Source: a virus
Lineage: Duplodnaviria > Caudoviricetes
Direction: 5' to 3' (one strand)
Virus record (IMG/VR): IMGVR_UViG_3300033074_000806
Coordinates: 1 to 64,000 of that record
DNA length: 64,000 bases
This document shows, piece by piece, positions 25,726-35,801 of this stretch (position 1 is the first letter of the stretch; each line of letters begins with the position of its first letter). The position numbers and the translations under genes are program-made. The notes beneath the pieces are model-generated. The model saw nothing but the letters and a program-made list of their open reading frames with translations. It was not told the DNA's origin and made no database searches.

Positions 25726-27331
25726 ACTAAAACTAATTGATAAACTAGAAATCGATCAGCCCATTAAGGCTGAACTAAAAGACGAAGCTTTATCTATAAT
25801 CAGAAAAGATAAAAACGCTGGATTACGTTTAAATGTCCAAATAGATGCTACCCATTCGGGTATATTAGCTAATAATCGTGTCTATCCTGGAAGATATGTA
25901 AGCACCAGCTATAAATCCTACCTTTCTAAGGATCTTGGAGGAACCTCCGAGTTCAGCGTTCCAATTTTAAAGCATCACCGCCACGAGGAAGATGCTGTTG
26001 GTCGCGTAACCAGTGCAGTCTTCATCAAATATAAAGAAGGCCAGGGCTTCGATAAGGATTACGCCAATCCAGATACTGAAGAGACTGGTGGTAAAGGATC
26101 AGGAGTAGTAAAAGTTGGAGCATCTATAACTGACTTAGATACAATTGAAAAGATTGTAGACGCCAGACTTTTATCAGTTTCATCTGGTCAGTCTAGTAAA
26201 TATATGCTTTGCAATATCTGCGGCAAAGATTTATTCGGCCGCCACTCTAAAGATGATGACGAAACATGCCCGCATGTTCCTGGCACCGTATATGAGCTAG
26301 ATGATAGCGATATGCTGTGTTATGCAGTAACAGGGCCATTAGCATATAAGGAGATTAGTTTTGTTAATATACCTGCACAATCTCCTGCTAAAATAACCAA
26401 ATTCGACTGGGATGGGGCTAAACTCTCAGACTCAGAAGATCTAGTAATTTCTACTAGTTCAAGAGGCAAAAAATCAGTGTTCTCTTGTGTAACTCTTGTA
26501 GATTCCAGTATGGAACTAGATCTACTTTCTGGAAAAGATAAGAAGGCTAATAACAAAGTCCTTATATCAGTTTCAGAAGGTTTTCAAACCCGTATTGACT
26601 CACTTTTCGGTGAGTCATCCTCTTTTAAGAGCTCATCTGATTCAGTCGAGCCAGATGACTCCATAAAGCAGGATACTCAGAAATTACCTTCTCCAGACGT
26701 TGGGAAATCTGAAAAAGTCTCCGTTAAATCTGTAGCGAGCGTCAAAAATGTTGCTGATGGCCATTCTAAGACCTCCGATGACAAAGCGAGTGACAAGAAA
26801 GTAAGTGGGCTCGACAAAACTAGTGAAAACTCTAAGGAGAAATTAATGGATTTAGACGCATTAAAAGCTTCTCTAGAGGAAATGACCAAAAAGAATAAAG
26901 AGCTTGAGGACAAACTCAAGACCTTAACTTCTACTGTCGAAGGCAAGGAAAGCGAAATAAAGAAGCTAAATGAGAAGCTAGAAGCTGATAAAGCAGCTAT
27001 AGCCTATGATTATGCTAATATAGTTGCTCACTTTAGACAAATGCTTAACAAGCCCGATACAAAGGTCATCGACTCTGCAGACGCACGTAAGAAGTATACT
27101 GAAAACCTAGCTAAAAGAAGTTTGGAGTCTCTAAAGGACTCTTTAGCGGACATTAAGCTAGAATGGGCCGCAGCTCAAACTGAAGCTGATGCCACGAAAA
27201 CTAAAACAGATGTTGATCTTTCTAAAGATAAATTGACATCGCCGACTCTAGCCAGCAAAAAGGACTCTTCTTTTAAGAAATTAGATGCCTCAGCTGTGCT
27301 ACATCAAACATTTAACGTAGACGGAGAATAA
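25703..27331 (+). CDS. Prohead protease with C-terminal scaffold region
   Basis: ATHSG, PILKHH, VGRV, LSVSSG, CNICG...CPH, EISFVNIPA; low-complexity linker then coiled coil. Confidence 0.8.
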   Translation: MSQNQMNKLKLIDKLEIDQPIKAELKDEALSIIRKDKNAGLRLNVQIDATHSGILANNRVYPGRYVSTSYKSYLSKDLGGTSEFSVPILKHHRHEEDAVGRVTSAVFIKYKEGQGFDKDYANPDTEETGGKGSGVVKVGASITDLDTIEKIVDARLLSVSSGQSSKYMLCNICGKDLFGRHSKDDDETCPHVPGTVYELDDSDMLCYAVTGPLAYKEISFVNIPAQSPAKITKFDWDGAKLSDSEDLVISTSSRGKKSVFSCVTLVDSSMELDLLSGKDKKANNKVLISVSEGFQTRIDSLFGESSSFKSSSDSVEPDDSIKQDTQKLPSPDVGKSEKVSVKSVASVKNVADGHSKTSDDKASDKKVSGLDKTSENSKEKLMDLDALKASLEEMTKKNKELEDKLKTLTSTVEGKESEIKKLNEKLEADKAAIAYDYANIVAHFRQMLNKPDTKVIDSADARKKYTENLAKRSLESLKDSLADIKLEWAAAQTEADATKTKTDVDLSKDKLTSPTLASKKDSSFKKLDASAVLHQTFNVDGE

Positions 27332-27334
27332 TTT

Positions 27335-28261
27335 ATGGCATATCGTATTCCTCGTGGATACAATACCTCCCGTCCAGCTTACCTAGAAATCTGTGAGGGT
27401 GTTAGACCGACCGTATCGGCTCTAGCTCTAGAGGCCTGGACTGGATTAGCACCAACAAGAATTGATGATGTGAACCACGATCCCATCGTTCTCGAACCGG
27501 GAACAATTGTTGGTATAGCAACTGGTGCGACATCTTTCTCAGGAAAGCTGTTGCCTGCAATGTGGGCTACTGGTGGTGCCACTACAATAGCTGGCCACCC
27601 TCAGATGATATTTAATTATCACCACAGCGATGGAGCAACATGGGGCCTTCCCGCTACTACAACTTCAGGAACCTGCGGTGTAGTCAAGCCAATAGGCGTT
27701 GTGTTCCAGCCGGTTTACTCATTTAACCTACAAGCTGCTTTCACTAACTACAAGAAAAACGTAAACGTCGGTATAGTCACCGATTACGTAATTCAAGTTC
27801 CTTGTGTAACTGCTAATGAGCACGCCATTGAAAACGGCGATCTAGTAATGGTGGCACACAATGCTTATGAGCATGGTGTATTTGCCAACATAGGAGCTTC
27901 TTCAGGCTTCACTAACAGCCGCTTAGCCGGCCGTTATCAGAAATATGATCCAACCCTAACAGGAACTGGTTATTTAGCCCACAGTTCTGAAATGGTTGTC
28001 GGTCGTTGCCTAAAGAAGGTTGTGTTCTGCACAGCTTCTGGTTCTTCTTCTGGTGATCTACTCCAGGACAGAATTGTAGCAGGTGCAACAATTACCCTTT
28101 CAACTGAGGCTGCATTAGAGTTTGCTGATCTCTCTAAGGTCCAGACCGTTCCAGGTCTTGTTCTTAGCGGTTCAGGAACCTCAGGCATTCCCGGTCACCT
28201 ACTTGGCGCACGCGCTAATAGCACCGGCTTTGCTTACTTAACCCTATTAATAAGACTATAA
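27335..28261 (+). CDS. Capsid-associated (decoration/stabilising) protein
   Basis: Between protease and MCP; G/T/S-rich beta-type composition. Confidence 0.55.
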   Translation: MAYRIPRGYNTSRPAYLEICEGVRPTVSALALEAWTGLAPTRIDDVNHDPIVLEPGTIVGIATGATSFSGKLLPAMWATGGATTIAGHPQMIFNYHHSDGATWGLPATTTSGTCGVVKPIGVVFQPVYSFNLQAAFTNYKKNVNVGIVTDYVIQVPCVTANEHAIENGDLVMVAHNAYEHGVFANIGASSGFTNSRLAGRYQKYDPTLTGTGYLAHSSEMVVGRCLKKVVFCTASGSSSGDLLQDRIVAGATITLSTEAALEFADLSKVQTVPGLVLSGSGTSGIPGHLLGARANSTGFAYLTLLIRL

Positions 28262-28275
28262 TAGGAGAAATACAC

Positions 28276-29661
28276 ATGGATAATTTTAGTGATTTAACAT
28301 GTTTTGATGCTGAACAAAAGCAAGTGCTTTTAAAGATGCAGAAGAACATGCAGGCTCTTGTTGATAAACAAGTCAAAGAGAAGCTAGAGAGCGCCGGCCT
28401 TTCTGAAGATGCTCTTTCTTTAGGTCCTACTGATAGAAAGCTATTAGAGGATCAGAAGAAGCTTCAGAGTGCTGAGGCTATCTGGAGAAACAATGGTTAC
28501 GTAAAGGGAGCTAGTGGTAGAGTTTCTCTAAGTGATCTAATGAACAAGGATATCGCTCTTACTAAGGTAATGAGAGATAACTTCTCTAGTGATCATCCTC
28601 TACTCATTCCTAGAGTTATATCAAATATAGCTCGTGAGGCAATTGAGCCCAACTTAGTTTTAACTCCTCTTATGCAGAGAGTTAACTATAGCGCTGGAGC
28701 ACAGGTTGTATTCCCTGCCTGGGGTGCAATCCACGCTGCAGATATCGCAGAGGGTTCTGAGTATCCCGAGAGAAGCATGGAATTGGCAGGTCACGTTACT
28801 GCTACAATCGGTAAGTCCGGTGTTGCAATAAAGATCTCCGAGGAAATGGTTCGCTATAGCCAGTTTGATGTAATGTCAATGCACTTCCGCGCTGCAGGCC
28901 GCGCCCTCGCTCGTTGGAAGGAGAAGAAAGTTGCAAACTTAATTCTAGATAACGGTCTTAGCATAATTGATAACACCGGAGCTGGAACTAAGTCTTCAAC
29001 AGGACGCGCTGCTGATGGTTCCTATAACGGAACCCTTTGCCTAGACGATATTTTCTATGCTTACGGCACCATGGTTAACAATGGGTTTACTCCTAATTGC
29101 TTAATCATGCATCCATTTGCATGGAAGATCTTTGCCCAGGAAGGTATTGCTAGAGCCTTCGGCTTTATCAATAACAACAGCTCGATGATGTGGCAGCTAC
29201 CCCAGGGTGCACCTGGTAATGCTCCAAGCTTTGGACCTGGTGGGCAGAATGGGTTGCTAAATAGCACCTATGCCAGCGCTCCATCTCAGCTAGCTACAAC
29301 CTTTACCAATGTCCCCTCTATATTCCCTGCTAACTTCCGTATCATAGTCACTCCATACATGACTTTTGATTTGGCAACAAATAGAACCACAATTGCTCTT
29401 TGCGATGTCAATGAGCTTGGTGTTCTAATTGTTGATGAGGAGCTTAGAACCGAAGAGTGGAACGATCCTAGCAAGGATATAATGAAGGTAAAGTTCCGTG
29501 AGCGTTATGCGCTTGCAGTACTCAACGATGGAAGAGGAATTGGCCTCATGAAGGACATCAGCCTCAACCGTAGCTTTGACTTTAGTGATAAGATTTCTCT
29601 CAACCTCACTGGTCTGGTTCACTCCTTGACTGGTGACGAGTTAGTCAACTCTAACGTCTAA
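28276..29661 (+). CDS. Major capsid protein (HK97 fold)
   Basis: LLIPRVI, IAEGSEYPE, KSGVAIKISEEMV, LIMHP, KFRERY; AGGAG RBS. Confidence 0.9.
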   Translation: MDNFSDLTCFDAEQKQVLLKMQKNMQALVDKQVKEKLESAGLSEDALSLGPTDRKLLEDQKKLQSAEAIWRNNGYVKGASGRVSLSDLMNKDIALTKVMRDNFSSDHPLLIPRVISNIAREAIEPNLVLTPLMQRVNYSAGAQVVFPAWGAIHAADIAEGSEYPERSMELAGHVTATIGKSGVAIKISEEMVRYSQFDVMSMHFRAAGRALARWKEKKVANLILDNGLSIIDNTGAGTKSSTGRAADGSYNGTLCLDDIFYAYGTMVNNGFTPNCLIMHPFAWKIFAQEGIARAFGFINNNSSMMWQLPQGAPGNAPSFGPGGQNGLLNSTYASAPSQLATTFTNVPSIFPANFRIIVTPYMTFDLATNRTTIALCDVNELGVLIVDEELRTEEWNDPSKDIMKVKFRERYALAVLNDGRGIGLMKDISLNRSFDFSDKISLNLTGLVHSLTGDELVNSNV

Positions 29662-29668
29662 GTAGGAA

Positions 29669-29826
29669 CCTTGTGACCGGAGTAGCGAAACGGTCACGAG
29701 GAGATAGATTTCGCCGGGCGAGAGTGTCGTGCCCTCTCCTGGACCGTGCAGACGAGCAGCGTAAGCTGTATCAGAAGCAGACGGGTCAACTGGTTGTTCG
29801 CTACCACCAGTTGGCCCAATTTTTTT
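29669..29826 (+). ncRNA. Structured GC-rich element after MCP with complementary loops
   Basis: Hairpin 29669-29701 loop GTAGCGAA is the exact complement of TTCGCTAC in the loop of hairpin 29783-29817. Confidence 0.65.
29783..29826 (+). terminator. Intrinsic terminator
   Basis: GGGTCAACTGGT/ACCAGTTGGCCC 12-bp stem followed by AATTTTTTT. Confidence 0.75.
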
Positions 29827-29841
29827 AGCTAGGAAAGAACT

Positions 29842-30489
29842 ATGGCAAAACCAAAAAATACTCCAAAGATATTAAATATCCAGTCCCATATAGGACCTAA
29901 AAGTGATATTGCAGGCAAAATAATATCAATTAACCTTAAAAATGCTTCAATGTTTGCAATTGGTGACATAAAATTAACACCAACAAGATATTGGGCAACT
30001 ATAAGTCATGGACAAAGTAAAGAATATTATGAAGTAATCGAGAAGGCATTACAGTTGGGCAATGTTGTTTTAGGAAAGAAGTATATAACGCCTATTGAAA
30101 AAGATACTAAAGTCTTAGAACGATACTGGGACTTAGTTAAGACAAATGGAAAAGCAAAGAATGTTATTGCAGCATTCAAAATTTTAATAAGAGCTGGAAA
30201 AGATGGTAATTTTTCTATCTCAGAGATAGCAAATTACTGTATTGAGCAGGAAACTAAGGCCAGGAATAGAAAGGATGTCATAAACTTCCTAAAAGAAGTT
30301 GCTGCATATGAAGAGGTCAATGAGCTAGCTATACCGGAGCCGTATGATGATGAGGAAGGAAAGACAGAAGTAAAATTTGATCCTATACAAAAAGTTGCTA
30401 TTCCAAAAAATATTCCACCGCCTCCAAAAGATATCGTCGCCGGAAATCTCAACACATCTCAAATTTTAGATGATGTGTTTAAAATCTAA
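29842..30489 (+). CDS. Hypothetical head-region protein
   Basis: 215-aa ORF after MCP. Confidence 0.7.
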   Translation: MAKPKNTPKILNIQSHIGPKSDIAGKIISINLKNASMFAIGDIKLTPTRYWATISHGQSKEYYEVIEKALQLGNVVLGKKYITPIEKDTKVLERYWDLVKTNGKAKNVIAAFKILIRAGKDGNFSISEIANYCIEQETKARNRKDVINFLKEVAAYEEVNELAIPEPYDDEEGKTEVKFDPIQKVAIPKNIPPPPKDIVAGNLNTSQILDDVFKI

Positions 30490-30498
30490 AGCTGAGTA

Positions 30499-33400
30499 AT
30501 GATAAGTGTCCCAGTCTATCTTAGAAATAGATCAAATACGTCAAAAGATGAGATAGTAACTCATGGCGTAAGATTACTTCAAGGACAGTTATCATCTCTT
30601 GCAACTGAATTAAAATTACTTGACGGCGCTGAAGAACGTCAAGTGCAATGGGAACCGTATGGTGAAATATATCCAGACGGATCATACGCCCAAATAGCAG
30701 TTCACTATCCTGCTTCGTTTTCTTCGCTAGAAAAACGAGAAGCTAACATAGTCTTTGGAACTGGTACTGAAGTTCCATTTGCCGTCCATCCATCAGTAAC
30801 TAGCGCTTCATCTACAACTTTTACCTTCACTATAGAGGGTGAGTCGAAGTCTGTTACCTTGGCTACAGTATTAGCTGTTTCGCCAGTAAATGGAGATAAA
30901 GCTGATGGTAAAATTGGTTATGGGACTAACTCATGTATTCGGCGCCATATATTTAGAGAACGTTGGTCTACAGCTACTAATCCACAGCTAAGAGCTATAT
31001 GGTGGGAAGTTACTTACGAATGCAAGTCAAACTTAGACCATGGAAAAGTCTATATAACTTGGGGATATTCATGGGCCGAAACAGGTATTAGATTAGGTAA
31101 TGCCTGGAATGATAAAATTTTGACACTTACAGTTCCTGTAACATTAGTTATTAATGGTGCTAAAAGCTTCTTTTTAGGTGAGAATAAAAAGTTTAATAGC
31201 ATTAGTAGAGCAGGAACTACGGCGACCTATACTCTAATTGATCCTGCTGATTGGCAATCTGGAACTGATTATCTTCATAGAAATCTTGTCCAAGGTATGA
31301 GCCATCATTTAGCAGGAGAACTGCTTTTTGGAACACAGGCTATCCCTACAACTGATGCCCAAAGAGAAGGTGTCGTTGGCATGGCAAGTGACTGGCCATT
31401 AAAAGGAATACCTCCATTTAATGTTGTCCCTGAGCTACCTGCAGGCACCTCTTTAGCGCAGGCTATGGTATGGCTAGAGGAATGGGAAGATGAGCTGTAT
31501 AGCAATGGTCGAGACGAAGATCCATATTTTTGGGGTGATAGCGTTGGTAATGCCAACACTGGGAACACTGGAAATGCAGGAATAGCCCATGGCACTATGC
31601 GGCTGTGGATCCTTTTAAGGACTGGCTACCCAGCAGGTTTAGGCGCGCTACTTAGAGATATCCGTCAAGAGTTCTGCAGGCCTAATAATAATCGCCTACC
31701 TAATAGCTCTGCTGACCTATGGTCCTATTCTAGCTTTCCAGACCTGGCTTTATGGCAGGGAGTGCCGTTTTATATAAGTGAATCAACTAGATCCACAGAT
31801 ATGCTTGGCATCAATGGAGATATAGGTGCTCTAGGAATAGCTGATTGGAACTGTCCTGTAACACAAAGCAACGGCGCCGTATACGGATTTGACCGACAAC
31901 ACGGCATGTTGATGCTTGAAATGACGGTTGCATTAATCACTGCTGATTACTCAGTTCTACAGTATTTTAGAGTTATGGAGCAGGTTTGGTTAGGAAACGC
32001 TGATCCATATAATTATAATGACACCATCAGAGGCAATGAAGCCGGTAGAGCCTTTGGCCGTGGTATAATGCACTGTGCAGTTGATTTATTCTCAGTAAGA
32101 GGCACAACAGGTATTCTAACCTATATGTTAGACAGAGGACAGACTGCATATAGCGGATTAGATTTAAACACAGGATCATCATATCAGCACTCACCAGTAA
32201 GGCCAGGAGTTAGTCCTTACTACGATACGATGGGTGGGTTTGAGACCGCTAATGGCATTCAAGCAGGAAATCTTCAAAATACTGGACATACGTTTACATG
32301 GCAGGATTCTATTGCATCCATAGCTTCCGATGGATGTCAATTATTATTGTCTCGTCGTCCTGAAGGTAGTGGTAGCTATAAGCTTGCAATGTTACAAACA
32401 GTGGCTCGCGACTTAGCTTTACAAACAACTTTATATGGATGGCTAGACTGTAGCCATACAGCTCCCTATTACTATAAGGCGGTAGCAATAAATAATACTA
32501 GCGCCTTATTTTCTCCTGCTTATTCTGGTCAGCTTTTAAATAGAACGGTCAGCGGAACCAGTAGCAATGCTGTAGGAACTATTATTGGACTAATAGAGTT
32601 AGAGAGCGCTTATGGACTGTGGCTAAAAAATGTAACTGGAACGTTTTGCCAAGCTGGCGCTGAATTACTACATATATTTGGCAGTTCCTACACTACCACT
32701 GGACTATATGAATACTCTGGCTTTTTAGCCATGAAGGCTAGGGCCAATACCCCTGACTTTAGCGTCCTAACTGGAACTCAACTTGAAGAAACAGTCTTAA
32801 TCGAAGCTTATCAGCCTCATGGATCTAATCCTGCGATTATGGATGTTGAAAAGAATTCAAATCCACTTGTGACGCTAGTTGCTTCTGGGGATGAACACTT
32901 TTTATACGATAACGCAATTGTTAGAATAAAAAATGATCCAATTTGGACTGGACTTAATGGTGATTGGGTCGTTAGCGTAGTTAATTTATACCAGGTAAGA
33001 TTTAGTGGACTAGACACGTCTAGCTTTCCAGGAGTATATTCTTCTGGTTCAGCTACTGAAATCTATAGACTTGAATGGGGAATGAAAAACTTCAAGACTT
33101 ATAGAGCATATAATATATGGCAAATTGGTTCTGCTGTCATTGCTGAAGACTATGCTAAGTCTGGATACTATTCTGGTAAAAGTTCTGAGGTTCAAACTAA
33201 AGCTAGAAAAATAATAAATTCATTCTCTGGAGAAATAGATGATGTAGGTTCTACATCTCCTAGATGGAATGAAATTGTTGAACATGCGGCAACTAGAGCT
33301 GATGCCTTCAATCCAACTGGAGGATCGCCTCCAGAAGCTCCTATTAGCCCGTCTTTAACAAATTTAAGCTCAACTGAACTTTATTTCACATGGGTTAACG

Positions 33401-35265
33401 TAGCAAGTAACGCCTCTGTATTAAATATACAGTATCGGCCGGCCTCTACCACTGGTTGGTCAGATTATCCTGATGTTAGCCCAAATGTAAACAATACAGT
33501 TATTGCAGGCCTAACGCCAGCAACAACTTATTATGCCAGACTAAGGGCAGCCAATAGCTACGGCCAAAGCAGCTGGACCAGCGAAGTTTCAGCCACTACC
33601 TCGTCTAGCAGCACAATACCAAGCGCTCCAACAAACTTAACCCTTGTAACACTGTCTTCCACTAGACTGCGCGCTCAATGGACTAATACAGCAAATAATG
33701 CTGAACTAATAACTATACAATATAAAGAATCTAGTGCATCCGATTGGATATCATTACCCTCACTAGATCCTTCTACAACTTATACAACTATCTATAATTT
33801 GACGGCTGACACATTCTACGATGTGAGAGTTAGAGCCACAAATATAGCAGGGTCCAGTGATTGGGCCCAAGCACTAGGACAAACTTCAGAAGGTGACGAG
33901 ATGGAACCTACTATTCTAACTAGCGACCCAGCTAATGCAGCCGAAGATGTGTATATCAATAAAAATTTGATAGTTACCTTCGTTAATCCTGTTTTGAGCA
34001 GCTCGGTTACTGAAAATACCGTAATATTAATTGATACTATAACAAATAAGAGATTGCCTCTTACTCTCAGTCTAAATACCTTTAGAACTGTGCTAGTTAT
34101 AGTTCCACATAATCATTTACAAGAAAATACGCCGTATCGATTAATGTTTATTGGCCAAGATTTGGCTGTAAACAATGAATACCTAATTGATAGCGCAAGC
34201 GGACTAGCCCTGTCGACATCAGTTTCAATTGAATTCGAGACTGGCGATGACGCTTATTCTATAGACGCTACGTTGCAAAAGAATTCACAAGCCCTAACAT
34301 TAGAAGGAGATTTAAATCTACCTAATAACGTTAAAGCTTTAGGCTACGATTTTACTATACTTAAGGTAAGGCCAAAGAATTACTCAGCAGGTGTAGCAGT
34401 TAATTTTACCGGCGATAACACTATTTGCTTTACCTTTAATAAAGCTCTACAAACAGGCCAAGATATTGAGACTATTAGCGAGATTACTACATATCCATTA
34501 TTCAATTATGAGTATCTTGCTGTATCAGGAACAATGTCTACTTATAGTATACCAACCTTAACGGGCTACATAACAGGCTCACAATTGGTCTTTGGCTTTA
34601 CAGGTAACATGCCTAATAACGTCGGTATCAATATAAAGCTTAAAGATACGCTATTAGCGGAGGATACGGCTACTTATGGCGGTAATATGGACTATAATAT
34701 AACCACAGCCCTATATCCTGATATACTCCCAACAAACTTAATAAAAACAGAGCTTAAGGCTCTTAGCCCTGAGCTTTATGATACCTACGTAAGCACTATC
34801 TTATTTAAGAATTCCATTGAGCTATGGGAGAAGTTAGGGCGCGCTTTCGCGTTATCAGATATATCGTGGCCTGTCAAAAAATATGTCATGAACGCAGCAG
34901 TATTAGATATAATTGAAGATGCTGATCTAGAGAAGTTCTTAGCGGCTGGAACTAGAAAGCAAGTAGGTGATATGTATATTTCAGTTGATAGCTTAGTCGG
35001 ACGGCTAGCTATGAAAGCTACTCAAGCCACTAAAGACAAAGATCTAGCTTGGGAAAGCTTAAATCAGGGCTGGCAATTTAAAACCACTTTGCGCAGTGCA
35101 GCTGTTGATGCAGCTGAATGGGGTAACAGACTCTGGTATAACGTAAACGGCAACTATGTCTATCCTTATGCCAAATTCTATCAAATGGATATACCTGCAA
35201 GCAATATAGATATCAATAGACAAGCTAAAGCTAATAATCCTACTGATTACGGGTTGTTATTCTAA
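30499..35265 (+). CDS. Large virion protein: lyase-like N-terminus, two FN3 repeats, Ig-like domains, probable head-tail adaptor C-terminus
   Basis: FN3 motifs GLTPATTYYARLRAAN and NLTADTFYDVRVRATN; Big_5-like SDPANAAEDVYINKNLIVTF; position before neck genes. Confidence 0.65.
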   Translation: MISVPVYLRNRSNTSKDEIVTHGVRLLQGQLSSLATELKLLDGAEERQVQWEPYGEIYPDGSYAQIAVHYPASFSSLEKREANIVFGTGTEVPFAVHPSVTSASSTTFTFTIEGESKSVTLATVLAVSPVNGDKADGKIGYGTNSCIRRHIFRERWSTATNPQLRAIWWEVTYECKSNLDHGKVYITWGYSWAETGIRLGNAWNDKILTLTVPVTLVINGAKSFFLGENKKFNSISRAGTTATYTLIDPADWQSGTDYLHRNLVQGMSHHLAGELLFGTQAIPTTDAQREGVVGMASDWPLKGIPPFNVVPELPAGTSLAQAMVWLEEWEDELYSNGRDEDPYFWGDSVGNANTGNTGNAGIAHGTMRLWILLRTGYPAGLGALLRDIRQEFCRPNNNRLPNSSADLWSYSSFPDLALWQGVPFYISESTRSTDMLGINGDIGALGIADWNCPVTQSNGAVYGFDRQHGMLMLEMTVALITADYSVLQYFRVMEQVWLGNADPYNYNDTIRGNEAGRAFGRGIMHCAVDLFSVRGTTGILTYMLDRGQTAYSGLDLNTGSSYQHSPVRPGVSPYYDTMGGFETANGIQAGNLQNTGHTFTWQDSIASIASDGCQLLLSRRPEGSGSYKLAMLQTVARDLALQTTLYGWLDCSHTAPYYYKAVAINNTSALFSPAYSGQLLNRTVSGTSSNAVGTIIGLIELESAYGLWLKNVTGTFCQAGAELLHIFGSSYTTTGLYEYSGFLAMKARANTPDFSVLTGTQLEETVLIEAYQPHGSNPAIMDVEKNSNPLVTLVASGDEHFLYDNAIVRIKNDPIWTGLNGDWVVSVVNLYQVRFSGLDTSSFPGVYSSGSATEIYRLEWGMKNFKTYRAYNIWQIGSAVIAEDYAKSGYYSGKSSEVQTKARKIINSFSGEIDDVGSTSPRWNEIVEHAATRADAFNPTGGSPPEAPISPSLTNLSSTELYFTWVNVASNASVLNIQYRPASTTGWSDYPDVSPNVNNTVIAGLTPATTYYARLRAANSYGQSSWTSEVSATTSSSSTIPSAPTNLTLVTLSSTRLRAQWTNTANNAELITIQYKESSASDWISLPSLDPSTTYTTIYNLTADTFYDVRVRATNIAGSSDWAQALGQTSEGDEMEPTILTSDPANAAEDVYINKNLIVTFVNPVLSSSVTENTVILIDTITNKRLPLTLSLNTFRTVLVIVPHNHLQENTPYRLMFIGQDLAVNNEYLIDSASGLALSTSVSIEFETGDDAYSIDATLQKNSQALTLEGDLNLPNNVKALGYDFTILKVRPKNYSAGVAVNFTGDNTICFTFNKALQTGQDIETISEITTYPLFNYEYLAVSGTMSTYSIPTLTGYITGSQLVFGFTGNMPNNVGINIKLKDTLLAEDTATYGGNMDYNITTALYPDILPTNLIKTELKALSPELYDTYVSTILFKNSIELWEKLGRAFALSDISWPVKKYVMNAAVLDIIEDADLEKFLAAGTRKQVGDMYISVDSLVGRLAMKATQATKDKDLAWESLNQGWQFKTTLRSAAVDAAEWGNRLWYNVNGNYVYPYAKFYQMDIPASNIDINRQAKANNPTDYGLLF

Positions 35266-35801
35266 TGGGATTCGCTGATTTACCAATAAAGTATCTAAAT
35301 TTTGCTCGTGAGCTAGCCAGATTATCTCAAGTCGGCGGTTCGTTTACTTGGGTGGCTCTTAGAACTCCAGATCTGTCAAAAAAATGCTCATGTGGCGGAA
35401 AAGGGATCAAGGATAGTTTACCTGGCTGCAAACGTTGCTTTGATACTGGCTATTTATTTTATGATTGTTTAGTTAAGTGCTATGCCTGGCCCGCTGTTCT
35501 AGGTGTCGAATTTTTCACACCAGCTGGAAAAATTGCAACTCAGAATAAAAATTATATCATTGAGTCTGATAGAATAATCACTACGGAATCATATATTTTA
35601 GAGCTAGACATAGATAAGGCTACTGGTAAGCCTTTACAACCGTTCAAGATAGAAAGAGCCTATAAGATACAAGATTACGCGCTTATAAAGGCAAGGGACG
35701 ATAAGCCAGCCTTTTGGAAAGTTACCGCAGAGCAAAGAAGCCTGTCTAATAGCATAACACCTACCGCTGGCACAGACTATGACCACAATATACTATCATG
35801 A
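35265..35801 (+). CDS. Head closure / neck protein with zinc motif
   Basis: KCSC...CKRCFDTGYL; position in neck module. Confidence 0.6.
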   Translation: MGFADLPIKYLNFARELARLSQVGGSFTWVALRTPDLSKKCSCGGKGIKDSLPGCKRCFDTGYLFYDCLVKCYAWPAVLGVEFFTPAGKIATQNKNYIIESDRIITTESYILELDIDKATGKPLQPFKIERAYKIQDYALIKARDDKPAFWKVTAEQRSLSNSITPTAGTDYDHNILS

